From Minisyncoccota bacterium (GTDB lineage: Bacteria; Patescibacteriota; Minisyncoccia; Phycocordibacterales; JACRKE01): DNA of 64,000 bases. Under the pieces are notes generated by a model. That model was not told where the DNA came from. It worked only from the letters and a program-made list of their open reading frames with translations, and searched no databases. The stretch covers positions 179,979 to 243,978 of the forward strand of contig JBAZWG010000001.1 of the NCBI GenBank assembly GCA_041660505.1. Reading direction: 5' to 3'. Shown here piece by piece: positions 55,840 to 64,000 of this stretch (position 1 is the stretch's first letter; each line of letters opens with the position of its first letter). The position numbers and the translations under genes were made by a program.

Positions 55840-57897
55840 CTACTCCAATACCCGCAAGATGAAGGCATACTCGAAGGCCAGTTCACGTAGAGCGTTGTAA
55901 CGGCCTGATGGACCGCCGTGGCCGGCTCCTAGGTGAGTTTTTAACAAAATAACGTTGTCATCGGTTTTAAGGGCGCGGAGTTTGGCGACCCATTTGGCCG
56001 GCTCCCAATAAGCGACGCGGGCGTCGTTCATCCCGCCGAGGACGAGCATATGCGGGTAGGCCTTTGCCTCAAGATTGGTGTACGGCGCGTAAGATTTGAT
56101 GTAGTCAAAGTAGGCGCGCTCGTTCGGATTGCCCCATTCTTCATATTCACCTACAGTCAGAGGTAGGGATGAATCCATCATCGTGTTAAGACTGTCGACG
56201 AATGGCACATGTGCCACGACGGCACGGAAGAGCTCCGGTCGCAGATTGGCTACAGCGCCCATGAGCAAGCCCCCAGCACTACCGCCAGCCGCGATCAACT
56301 TTTCCGGTTTAGTGTATTTTCTTTTAATCAACTCTTCAGCAGAGGCGATAAAGTCGAGAAAAGTGTTTTTCTTTTTTAGAAATTTGCCTTCATGATACCA
56401 GCGCCGGCCAAGCTCACCTCCCCCGCGCGGGTTGGCGAAGGCCATAACATAACCGCGATCGGCAAGCGAGAGCCTCGTCGAAGAAAACCATAAATCGTAC
56501 GAAATTCCATAAGCACCGTAAGCCGTAAGCAGTGTCGGGCTAGCTCCATCTTTTTTTATGAGCGCGGTTTTATAAAAAATGGAGACAGGAACTTTTGTCC
56601 CATCGTGAGACGTCGCGTCGAAGCGTTCTACTGTATATAAAGATGAGTCATAACCGCCGACGACTTCCTCCTGCTTGCGTACGGTGCGTTCGTGAGTGCG
56701 CATATCATAATCATACACAGTTGACGGTGTGCGCAGTGACGAGTAGGTGAAGCGTAAAGTTTCCGAGTCATATTCCGGATTACTGCCGACACCAAAGGCA
56801 TAAGAAGCATCGTCGAAAGTAATGTCGCGCCAGCTCTTCTTCTCCAGATCATAGATCTTTAGGAATTGCAGGCCGTGTTTGCGTCCTTCGAGAACGATGA
56901 AATTTTTAAAGGCATCTACATCGTTAATCGTCACGTCGTCATTATGCGGGACGAATTCCACCCAAGAACTTTTCGGCGCGTCGAAGCTCTTCGCAAAAAG
57001 GACTTTAAAGTTTATTGCGTTCTCGTTGGTGATAATATACACACCCGCCTCATGATGCTCTACATCGTACTCTATATCCTGCGCGCGCGGTATAAATACA
57101 GAAAATTTCTCTTCCGGTTTATCTGCATCCATGTATTGCGTCTCGCTCGTTGTATAGCCGTCGGAATTAATAAAGAGATATTTCTCGCTCCGGCTCTTCG
57201 ACACATAGGTCACGAAGCGTGAATCTTCTTCTTTATATATAAGCGCACCAGCCTCATTCCCGAGTTTGCGCCGATGTATCTCCGCCGGGCGCTTGGTCTC
57301 ATCAAGTACGGAATAGAAATAAGTTGCGTTATCATTTGCCCATTCGAAGTTCGCAGCGACACCAGTTACGGTATCGGCAAACAGTTCGCCTGTCTCTAAA
57401 TTCTTGAAATATAAAGTGTAGATTTCGTCACCTGAAGTATTAACGGCGTAGGCCAGAATTTTATGATCCGGCGAGACTGATAATGTGCCGATAGAAAAGA
57501 ATTCGTGATCTTTCGCCAGTTCATTCTCATCCAAAAGAATTTGCTCTACTTCACTATCAATCGGTTTACGACAGTAGACGGGATACTGCTTGCCTTCTTC
57601 GGTGCGTAAGTAGTAATAAAAAATATCTATTCTTTCGGGCACCGACATGTCTGTTTCTTTAATCCGGCCGAGCATCTCTTTATATAATTTCGTCTGTAGC
57701 TCTTTGGTCTCTGCCATCACCGCATCGGCGTATGAATTTTCTGTCTTGATATATTTAAGCGTATCGGGGTCGTTAATATCCTTAAGCCAGTTATATTTGT
57801 CCTCATATTTTTCGCCATGATAGTCATGAGCAAAATCCAGCCGTTTGGCGACCGGTGGCGTAATCCCCTTTTTCACGTATTCCGAAGTGCTGAACAT
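55840..57897 (-). CDS. ptrB: Oligopeptidase B (S9A)
   Basis: GGSAGGLLMGA, EWGNP, D.RV.YWEPAKWVAKLR, GHGG.SGRY. Confidence 0.93.
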   Translation of the reverse strand: MFSTSEYVKKGITPPVAKRLDFAHDYHGEKYEDKYNWLKDINDPDTLKYIKTENSYADAVMAETKELQTKLYKEMLGRIKETDMSVPERIDIFYYYLRTEEGKQYPVYCRKPIDSEVEQILLDENELAKDHEFFSIGTLSVSPDHKILAYAVNTSGDEIYTLYFKNLETGELFADTVTGVAANFEWANDNATYFYSVLDETKRPAEIHRRKLGNEAGALIYKEEDSRFVTYVSKSRSEKYLFINSDGYTTSETQYMDADKPEEKFSVFIPRAQDIEYDVEHHEAGVYIITNENAINFKVLFAKSFDAPKSSWVEFVPHNDDVTINDVDAFKNFIVLEGRKHGLQFLKIYDLEKKSWRDITFDDASYAFGVGSNPEYDSETLRFTYSSLRTPSTVYDYDMRTHERTVRKQEEVVGGYDSSLYTVERFDATSHDGTKVPVSIFYKTALIKKDGASPTLLTAYGAYGISYDLWFSSTRLSLADRGYVMAFANPRGGGELGRRWYHEGKFLKKKNTFLDFIASAEELIKRKYTKPEKLIAAGGSAGGLLMGAVANLRPELFRAVVAHVPFVDSLNTMMDSSLPLTVGEYEEWGNPNERAYFDYIKSYAPYTNLEAKAYPHMLVLGGMNDARVAYWEPAKWVAKLRALKTDDNVILLKTHLGAGHGGPSGRYNALRELAFEYAFILRVLE

Positions 57898-57907
57898 AGT
57901 TTTGTTA

Positions 57908-59152
57908 TTATACCACAAAATCACCTCCTTGATAAGCCCTCAAAAACTGTGATTTATGGTCTAAAAATGTGTCATTCAAAATAGACTGCCTGATATTTTT
58001 TACTAAGTTAACAAAGAAAAATAAATTATGAATAGAGGCTAGTGTGTACGCAATCAGTTCGTTGGCTCTGAATAGATGCGCAAGATAGGCGCTGGTATAA
58101 TGCTTGCAGGTGTAGCAGACGCAGTCTGGTTCTATCGGCGTTAAGTCTGTTCTATACTTTGCATTCAACACACTGATACGGCCTTGCTTGGTGTACAGCG
58201 CGCCATTGCGCGCTTCTCGCGTGGGGCTGACACAATCGAAAGTGTCGACGCCGTTTTCGACACCCAGGAATAAATCTTCTACTGCGCCTATGCCAAGCAA
58301 ATGTCGCGGTTTATCTTCGGGCAAGATTTTATTCACCCAGCTCACTGCCGTACCCATATCTGCTTTATCAAATGATCCACCGATGGCATAGCCGTCGAAA
58401 TTCATGGAACTAATTTTCTTTGCGCTTAACTCTCTTAAATCCTGATGCCTACCTCCCTGAACTATTCCAAATAAAGCCTGCGGATTTTCTAAGGTTAAAC
58501 CTTGGGCATCTAGAAGGTTTAACCTTCTATGCTCGGCAAGACTTCTTTCAGCCCAGCGATGCGTTCTTTCTAATGACTGTTTCTGATACTCATATGATTC
58601 GGTCGGTGAGGTGCATTCGTCGAAGGCGAGGATAATATCAGCGCCCAAGTCGTGCTGGATCTGCATCGACTTCTCTGGTGTGAAGAAATGTTTAGAGCCG
58701 TCTATATGCGAGCGGAACTCGACGCCGTCTTCGGTGATTTTTACGAGAGATTCTTTTGGTACCGATAAGGTTGAACCTTTTGGATGCTCAAGGTTCAACC
58801 TTCCTGGTTCAGAATTCAAAATTTTCCCAATCCCTTTGCCGAAGCTCGCACCTAGTGAGAACACTTGGAATCCGCCCGAGTCGGTAAAGGTCGGCCCCGG
58901 CCAATTCATGAATTTATGCAAGTCGCCGGCTTTTTTAACGAGCTCACTCCCCGGTTGTAGATATAAGTGATAGGTGTTGGCGAGCACAGCATCGGCTCCA
59001 AGCTCTTTTACTTGTTCTGGTAGCAACGCCTTAATCGTCGCTTTGGTGGCCGGCGCGATGTATGACGGCGTCAGGATGTCGCCATGCGAAGTAGAAATAA
59101 CTCCCGCTCGCGCGAGAGTATTCTTGAGTTTCTTTTCGATACGGAAGTTCAT
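57908..59152 (-). CDS. tgt: tRNA-guanine transglycosylase (with in-frame REP insertions)
   Basis: NTYHL, TDSGGFQVFSL, GIVQGG, DTFDCV.PTR, C.C..C Zn site; start at ATG 59152. Confidence 0.96.
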   Translation of the reverse strand: MNFRIEKKLKNTLARAGVISTSHGDILTPSYIAPATKATIKALLPEQVKELGADAVLANTYHLYLQPGSELVKKAGDLHKFMNWPGPTFTDSGGFQVFSLGASFGKGIGKILNSEPGRLNLEHPKGSTLSVPKESLVKITEDGVEFRSHIDGSKHFFTPEKSMQIQHDLGADIILAFDECTSPTESYEYQKQSLERTHRWAERSLAEHRRLNLLDAQGLTLENPQALFGIVQGGRHQDLRELSAKKISSMNFDGYAIGGSFDKADMGTAVSWVNKILPEDKPRHLLGIGAVEDLFLGVENGVDTFDCVSPTREARNGALYTKQGRISVLNAKYRTDLTPIEPDCVCYTCKHYTSAYLAHLFRANELIAYTLASIHNLFFFVNLVKNIRQSILNDTFLDHKSQFLRAYQGGDFVV

Positions 59153-59153
59153 G

Positions 59154-61199
59154 CTAGACATCGAGATTGGCCATCTTGGCGTGAGTCTGGATAAATAATT
59201 TGCGCGGTGGCACCTCGGAACCCATAAGCATATCGAAGGTCTGGTCGGCCTCTTCGGCATTCTCAATAGTCACTTGCTTAAGTATGCGCTTGGCCGGATC
59301 CATCGTGGTCTCCCAGAGCTCTTCAGGATTCATCTCTCCAAGACCTTTGTATCTTTGCACGCGGACTTTCGGGCCTTTCTTTGTTTTTTCGGCCTCGGCT
59401 TCGTCTTCGTTCACGAGTTCCTCCCCTTCTTCTATCACCATCGCTTCGTTGCCGACGAACTTAGCTTTGTCTTCTTCTGTGTAAGCATAATTAATCTCCT
59501 TGCCTTTGGTGATTTTATAGAGTGGCGGCTGGGCGATGTAAATATATCCACCATCGATAAGCGGTTTAAAGTATCTGTAAAATAACGTGAGCAGAAGTGT
59601 GCGAATGTGCGCACCGTCAACATCGGCATCTGTTGCGATAATTACTTTATGGTAACGTAATTTTGAAATATCAAACGTCTCGGCAATGCCGGTCCCCATG
59701 GCGATTATTAGAGAACGTACCTCAACTGACGAAAGCATTTTGTCGAGTCGGGCGCGTTCTACATTTAATATTTTACCCTTCAAAGGCAAGACCGCCTGTG
59801 TCTTGCGATCGCGACCCATCTTGGATGAACCGCCTGCAGAATCTCCCTCTACGATAAACACCTCCGACTCCTCGGCACTGCGCGATTGACAGTCAGAAAG
59901 TTTGCCCGGCAAAGTCATGCCCTCCAAAGCGCCCTTGCGCAAGACACTATCCTTCGCCGCCTTGGCCGCCTTGCGAGCCTTCAAGGCCAGGATAGTTTTA
60001 TTCAACATCCCGCGAGCGTCATCTGGATTCTCCTCGAGGAACATCGCGAACGCCTCGCCGAAGACAGCCTCCACCGCCCCACGCGCTTCTACCGATCCAA
60101 GCTTAGCCTTAGTCTGGCCTTCGAATTGCGCGTCGTGAAGTTTAACGGACACAACGGCTGTGATACCCTCGCGCACATCATCGCCGGTCAGGTTATCTTC
60201 CGATTCTTTTAAGATGTTATTCTTGCGACCGTAATCGTTCAATACGCGGGTGAGCGCAGTGCGGAAGCCGGTCAAGTGTGTCCCACCTTCAGGCGTCGAG
60301 GTGCTGTTGGCATAAGTGAACTCGCGCGTCTTGATGTCGTCTATGTACTGTAAAGCACACTCGACTTGAATATCGTTAACCTCCTTCTCTATATAGAAGA
60401 CATTATTATGCACCGGCTTCTCGTGGAGATTGTAAAATTTTACCAAAGAGAGCAGACCGCCTTCGAAATAAAAAGTTTGCGAGGGTGCTTCGATATCGAG
60501 CTCTGTAAAGTATCCGACACCGTTCAAGTCCATTTTGCCTTCATATCCTCGTGCATCAATAACACGCACACGCAAGGCTTTGACGAGATATGCCTGTTGA
60601 CGAAAGTGACCGATGAGTTTGTTCCAATCAAAAATAGTTTCGGAGAATATCGCCGGATCAGGGTGGAAGGTGACGACCGTACCCTGGTGTTTGGTCTTTC
60701 CTGCCTTGCGCACGTTGTAGAGCTTCTTGCCTATTTTATATTCTTGCTCGTAAACCGTACCATCTTTATGGACCTCCACTTTCGTCCAAATAGAAAGTGC
60801 GTTCACAACAGATGCGCCTACGCCGTGCAAACCACCGGCAATCTTATAAGAGCCCTGATCAAATTTACCGCCGGCATGCAAGGTAGTCATGACCGTCTCA
60901 AGCGCCGAGACCTTGGTCTTTGAGTGTATATCAACCGGTATACCGCGGCCGTTGTCTGTTACTCTGATTTTTTCTCCCGGCAAAATGACCACCTCAATCT
61001 CATTGGCAAAGCCGCCCATCGCCTCATCGCGCGAGTTGTCGAAGATTTCTATGACGAGGTGATGCAAGCCCTCCGTACCGGTCGAGCCGATATACATGCC
61101 CGGTCGTTTCCGCACCGGCTCCAAACCCTCCAAAACAGTGATGTTCTCGGCGCTATATTCGTGACCGAAGCCTTTCTTTTTATCTTTATTTTCTGCCAT
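59154..61199 (-). CDS. gyrB: DNA gyrase subunit B
   Basis: VRKRPGMYIG, LHAGGKF, VEGDSAGG, TDADVDGAHI, QRYKGLGEMN. Confidence 0.97.
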   Translation of the reverse strand: MAENKDKKKGFGHEYSAENITVLEGLEPVRKRPGMYIGSTGTEGLHHLVIEIFDNSRDEAMGGFANEIEVVILPGEKIRVTDNGRGIPVDIHSKTKVSALETVMTTLHAGGKFDQGSYKIAGGLHGVGASVVNALSIWTKVEVHKDGTVYEQEYKIGKKLYNVRKAGKTKHQGTVVTFHPDPAIFSETIFDWNKLIGHFRQQAYLVKALRVRVIDARGYEGKMDLNGVGYFTELDIEAPSQTFYFEGGLLSLVKFYNLHEKPVHNNVFYIEKEVNDIQVECALQYIDDIKTREFTYANSTSTPEGGTHLTGFRTALTRVLNDYGRKNNILKESEDNLTGDDVREGITAVVSVKLHDAQFEGQTKAKLGSVEARGAVEAVFGEAFAMFLEENPDDARGMLNKTILALKARKAAKAAKDSVLRKGALEGMTLPGKLSDCQSRSAEESEVFIVEGDSAGGSSKMGRDRKTQAVLPLKGKILNVERARLDKMLSSVEVRSLIIAMGTGIAETFDISKLRYHKVIIATDADVDGAHIRTLLLTLFYRYFKPLIDGGYIYIAQPPLYKITKGKEINYAYTEEDKAKFVGNEAMVIEEGEELVNEDEAEAEKTKKGPKVRVQRYKGLGEMNPEELWETTMDPAKRILKQVTIENAEEADQTFDMLMGSEVPPRKLFIQTHAKMANLDV

Positions 61200-61257
61200 A
61201 ACGTTCAGTAATTATAGCATATTCTACCCTATTCTGCGAGTGTAAAACTATCGAATT

Positions 61258-62391
61258 TTACCGCACCTCGGCGCCGAACTGCTTCTTGGTCTCTGACTCA
61301 ACTTTGGCGTGGATAGTATCTACCTCTTTGCTCTCGAGTGTGCGCTCCATACTGCGATAGACGGTGCGGTAGGTATAGCTCATCTTGTCTGCTCCAAACT
61401 TTTCTTCATTCTCATATTTATCAAGAAGTGACACTTGCTCCACCAATTCCCCGCCGATATCGCGAATGAGATCGAAGTAATCGTTAGGCACAAATGTGGC
61501 AGGAACGACAAACGAAATATCGCGTGTGATAGGCGGATACTTACTCACCTCCACAAATTCTTGCCCAAGCTTTAGCTGCTTAGTTACCCGAGGATCATCG
61601 GACCAGAGTAAGCGGATGTCTGGCAATTTCATCGAAGCGATTGCCAAGCGTTCCATGCCGAAGCCGAAGGCCCAGCCGTGATAGCCGGTGAGCCCCATTT
61701 CGGCCAAGACGCTCTTGCGCACCATACCGCACCCGACCATCTCTATCCACTCGCCGTTGATGTTCGCCTCCATCTCGAAGCTGGGATCCGTGTATGGGAA
61801 GGTGTGATCATAGAATCTGAATTCTGTCTTCTCGCCGAAGATACTGCGAGCGATCTCGCTTAATGCGTCCTTCAAATCCTGCGGGGTTATCGTCTTCTTG
61901 TCATCAGGCGCAAGATAGAAGGCACCAATCTGGTGAAAGACGTTCATATGCTTGCGGTCTATTTCATCCTTGCGGTAAACCTTGCCGTGACAAACAGCAC
62001 CAAGCATCTCGCCTTTCGCGATGCGCGCCTTGATATCCGGATGATTAAGATAATAGTACCAGAATACGGTATCGTGCGTACGCAACACGTGGTCATCATC
62101 GACATAATAAGTATCAGACTTACTGCGCGCCGGATGCTCCGGCGGCATATTGAAGAGGTCAAAAAGAATGTGAGTCGAGACTATCTCGGGAATTTTTATA
62201 ATATCAAGACCGTTCAAGCTCTTGGTTTTGAGCGCACGCGTCACGATTTCATTAAGAGGACTCCCCAGCGTTCTAGATAAGTCAGGCATACTCAAAAAGC
62301 GCTCCATTCGCCGAGCCTCGGCGTCTGTACGCTTGCTCAACTCTTCTCGTAGTTTCTTCTCCTCGCTCAAATCTATGTTTATTTCTTGCAT
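61258..62391 (-). CDS. Single-chain phenylalanine-tRNA ligase (PheS catalytic domain fused to FDX-ACB)
   Basis: HPAR..DTYY, LRTH, YRKDEID..H..VFHQ, FPYT.PSFE, GWAFGFG.ERLA...IRLLW, then SKYP...RDISF...YRS.ERTL. Confidence 0.9.
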   Translation of the reverse strand: MQEINIDLSEEKKLREELSKRTDAEARRMERFLSMPDLSRTLGSPLNEIVTRALKTKSLNGLDIIKIPEIVSTHILFDLFNMPPEHPARSKSDTYYVDDDHVLRTHDTVFWYYYLNHPDIKARIAKGEMLGAVCHGKVYRKDEIDRKHMNVFHQIGAFYLAPDDKKTITPQDLKDALSEIARSIFGEKTEFRFYDHTFPYTDPSFEMEANINGEWIEMVGCGMVRKSVLAEMGLTGYHGWAFGFGMERLAIASMKLPDIRLLWSDDPRVTKQLKLGQEFVEVSKYPPITRDISFVVPATFVPNDYFDLIRDIGGELVEQVSLLDKYENEEKFGADKMSYTYRTVYRSMERTLESKEVDTIHAKVESETKKQFGAEVR

Positions 62392-62409
62392 ATTACTTTA
62401 TCTTATTTT

Positions 62410-62484
62410 TGGAGCCGCCTCTCGGATTTGAACCGAGGACCCACGCTTTACAAAAGCGTTGCTCTACCACTGAGCTAAGGCGGC
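62410..62484 (-). tRNA. tRNA-Thr(TGT), CCA encoded
   Basis: GCCGCCT acceptor stem, ACGCT-TTTGTAA-AGCGT anticodon arm, GGTTCAAATCC. Confidence 0.95.
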
Positions 62485-62581
62485 GTAATTAGAAAATCCT
62501 AACATAATATTAGGATTTTCGGAAGCCTTTTTGTCGCCGAGGTGAGACCTCCGCCCTTGCTGGAGGACTCACCTCGGCGTC

Positions 62582-62953
62582 TTATTCTTCGAGAGCATTC
62601 TCCTTCTGCGCGTAGGCAAGCATGAACGAAGCACCGCTTCTGTTCTCCGGCAATTCACCGCGCCCTTTTATGGCATTGGCGATTTTGGCGAAGCGTTTGG
62701 CTATTGCAGCGCTTGTCGTATAAGCCACAAGCATCACATCTTTATACGCTTGCTTGAGTGTTGGCTCTAGCTTGGTCTGCAACTGCGCGAAGAGCTTAAG
62801 ACCATGAACGTGTGCCGCCTTGGCGATAGGGCCGACGAGGTGAAGATCGTACGGCTCTTCTATTTTGCCGGTCTTAATGTGCCAGAGCTTGTTGCCGGTC
62901 ATCGCGACGAGTGCCAAAAACGACAGTAACGACGTAAAAATTAGTATTTGCAT
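62582..62953 (-). CDS. Hypothetical protein with N-terminal TM helix
   Basis: Open frame from ATG 62953. Confidence 0.6.
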   Translation of the reverse strand: MQILIFTSLLSFLALVAMTGNKLWHIKTGKIEEPYDLHLVGPIAKAAHVHGLKLFAQLQTKLEPTLKQAYKDVMLVAYTTSAAIAKRFAKIANAIKGRGELPENRSGASFMLAYAQKENALEE

Positions 62954-62975
62954 ATGCCTACAGTATAGCAAAAAA

Positions 62976-63569
62976 TTAAGCCTCGAGCACCTTCATTCGG
63001 GAGAACTTACCAACACGAATCTTCTCACCAAACTTCTGAGTCCCCTGCTCGATGAGCTGGGAGACCGTAATATCAGGGTTTTTTATGAATGGTTGGGCCA
63101 AGAGGGTACGCTCGGCGAAGTAGGCATTAAGCTTGCCTTCCATGATCTTAGACTTCATATCCGCTGGCTTGTCAAGCTTTTCTACCTCTTCTTTATAAAG
63201 TTCCTCGGCCTTTGCCTTCGCCTCTGCCGGAATAGAGTCGGAGTCAATATAAAGCGGATTACTTGCGGCGACGTGCATGGCTATGTCGTAGGCCAATGTC
63301 TTGAACTCGTCGTTCTTCGCGACGAAGTCGGTCTCGGTCTGGAGTTCTACCATAGCACCAACCTGCCCGCCGTGCAGATATGCCGCGATTGTGCCGGCAC
63401 CTAGGGTGCGGTCGGCTTTTTTAATGGCAATTTCCCCGCTTTTCTTTTTTAAAATCTCTATTGCCTTGTCAGAATCCCCGCCCGCTTCCTCAAGTGCCTT
63501 CTTACACTGCATGACTGAAATGCCTGTTGCATCACGCAAACTTTTGATTTGCTCTGGTGTGATATTCAT
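62976..63569 (-). CDS. tsf: Elongation factor Ts (short form)
   Basis: LRDATG.SVM.CKKAL, ETDFVA, IAMHVAA. Confidence 0.96.
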   Translation of the reverse strand: MNITPEQIKSLRDATGISVMQCKKALEEAGGDSDKAIEILKKKSGEIAIKKADRTLGAGTIAAYLHGGQVGAMVELQTETDFVAKNDEFKTLAYDIAMHVAASNPLYIDSDSIPAEAKAKAEELYKEEVEKLDKPADMKSKIMEGKLNAYFAERTLLAQPFIKNPDITVSQLIEQGTQKFGEKIRVGKFSRMKVLEA

Positions 63570-63667
63570 AGTTTTAAATGTTAAGTTTTGAGTTTTAAAT
63601 TAATTTTTAAGATTTTCAATTTGTAAATTGAATTAAAACTTAAAAATCGAAACTTGAAACTTATCGC

Positions 63668-64000
63668 TTACTCTGCGCTTGCCAAAGTGGAGGTTGAAGG
63701 ATTTGCGAGCGTTGCTCCCGTGTGCGTAACGAGCGGCTTGGTGACGAGCTCCGGTGCCGATGCAAGACCATCCAGATATGCCGTGAGGATGCGCTTGGTG
63801 ATATATCCGATAGAAGCACGCGATGCGTCGTTAGCGGGGATAACATGGGTAACGCGAGAAATGTCGCAATCTGAACCAGCAAGGGCGATGACCGGTATAT
63901 GCATCTGTCGGGCTTCATCAACAGCAGTCACCTCTTCGCGCGGGTCGATAATATAGAGTCCAGCGGGCATGCCTTTCAAGTTAACGATGCCTGCGAAGAA
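63668..64000 (-). CDS. rpsB: 30S ribosomal protein S2, 3' part
   Basis: IDP.EE..AV.EA....IPVIAL..SDCD...IPAND; lies upstream of tsf. Confidence 0.93.
   Translation of the reverse strand, partial: FFAGIVNLKGMPAGLYIIDPREEVTAVDEARQMHIPVIALAGSDCDISRVTHVIPANDASRASIGYITKRILTAYLDGLASAPELVTKPLVTHTGATLANPSTSTLASAE

Overview
A 64 kb chromosomal window from a small-genome bacterium. The gene set and style (PaaX/Cas2-like orphan, GIY-YIG gene beside a tRNA, palindromic repeats inside genes, mostly SD-less housekeeping genes) suggest Patescibacteria/CPR (Parcubacteria-like), genetic code 11; this assignment is inference. Housekeeping content: murI, lepA, rnpB, class II RNR, groEL/ES, secG, RNase J, a UvrD-nuclease fusion, pepN, dus, serS, ptrB, tgt, gyrB, a single-chain PheRS, tsf, rpsB and four tRNAs. 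The main result is two complete, divergent diversity-generating retroelements (DGRs) at about 30.2-32.9 kb and 53.1-55.7 kb, with TR/VR pairs aligned by hand (17/18 and 19/20 mismatches at TR adenines). Both share an unusual layout: target(VR), terminator, structured RNA plus TR, an avd gene on the opposite strand, then RT. In both, avd is out of frame at a poly-C tract just after its ATG, a candidate phase-variable switch; in DGR2 one base change would reframe avd and extend RT together. Other signals: an Ile-rich leader-peptide attenuator before an orphan gene, a tRNA-Ser with the rare ACT anticodon, a 1.5 kb insertion bounded by a 28-bp duplication of a gene 3' end, and several REP-like families inserted in frame in essential genes and in RNase P RNA. 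All calls come from motif recognition and manual alignment; no database searches were run.
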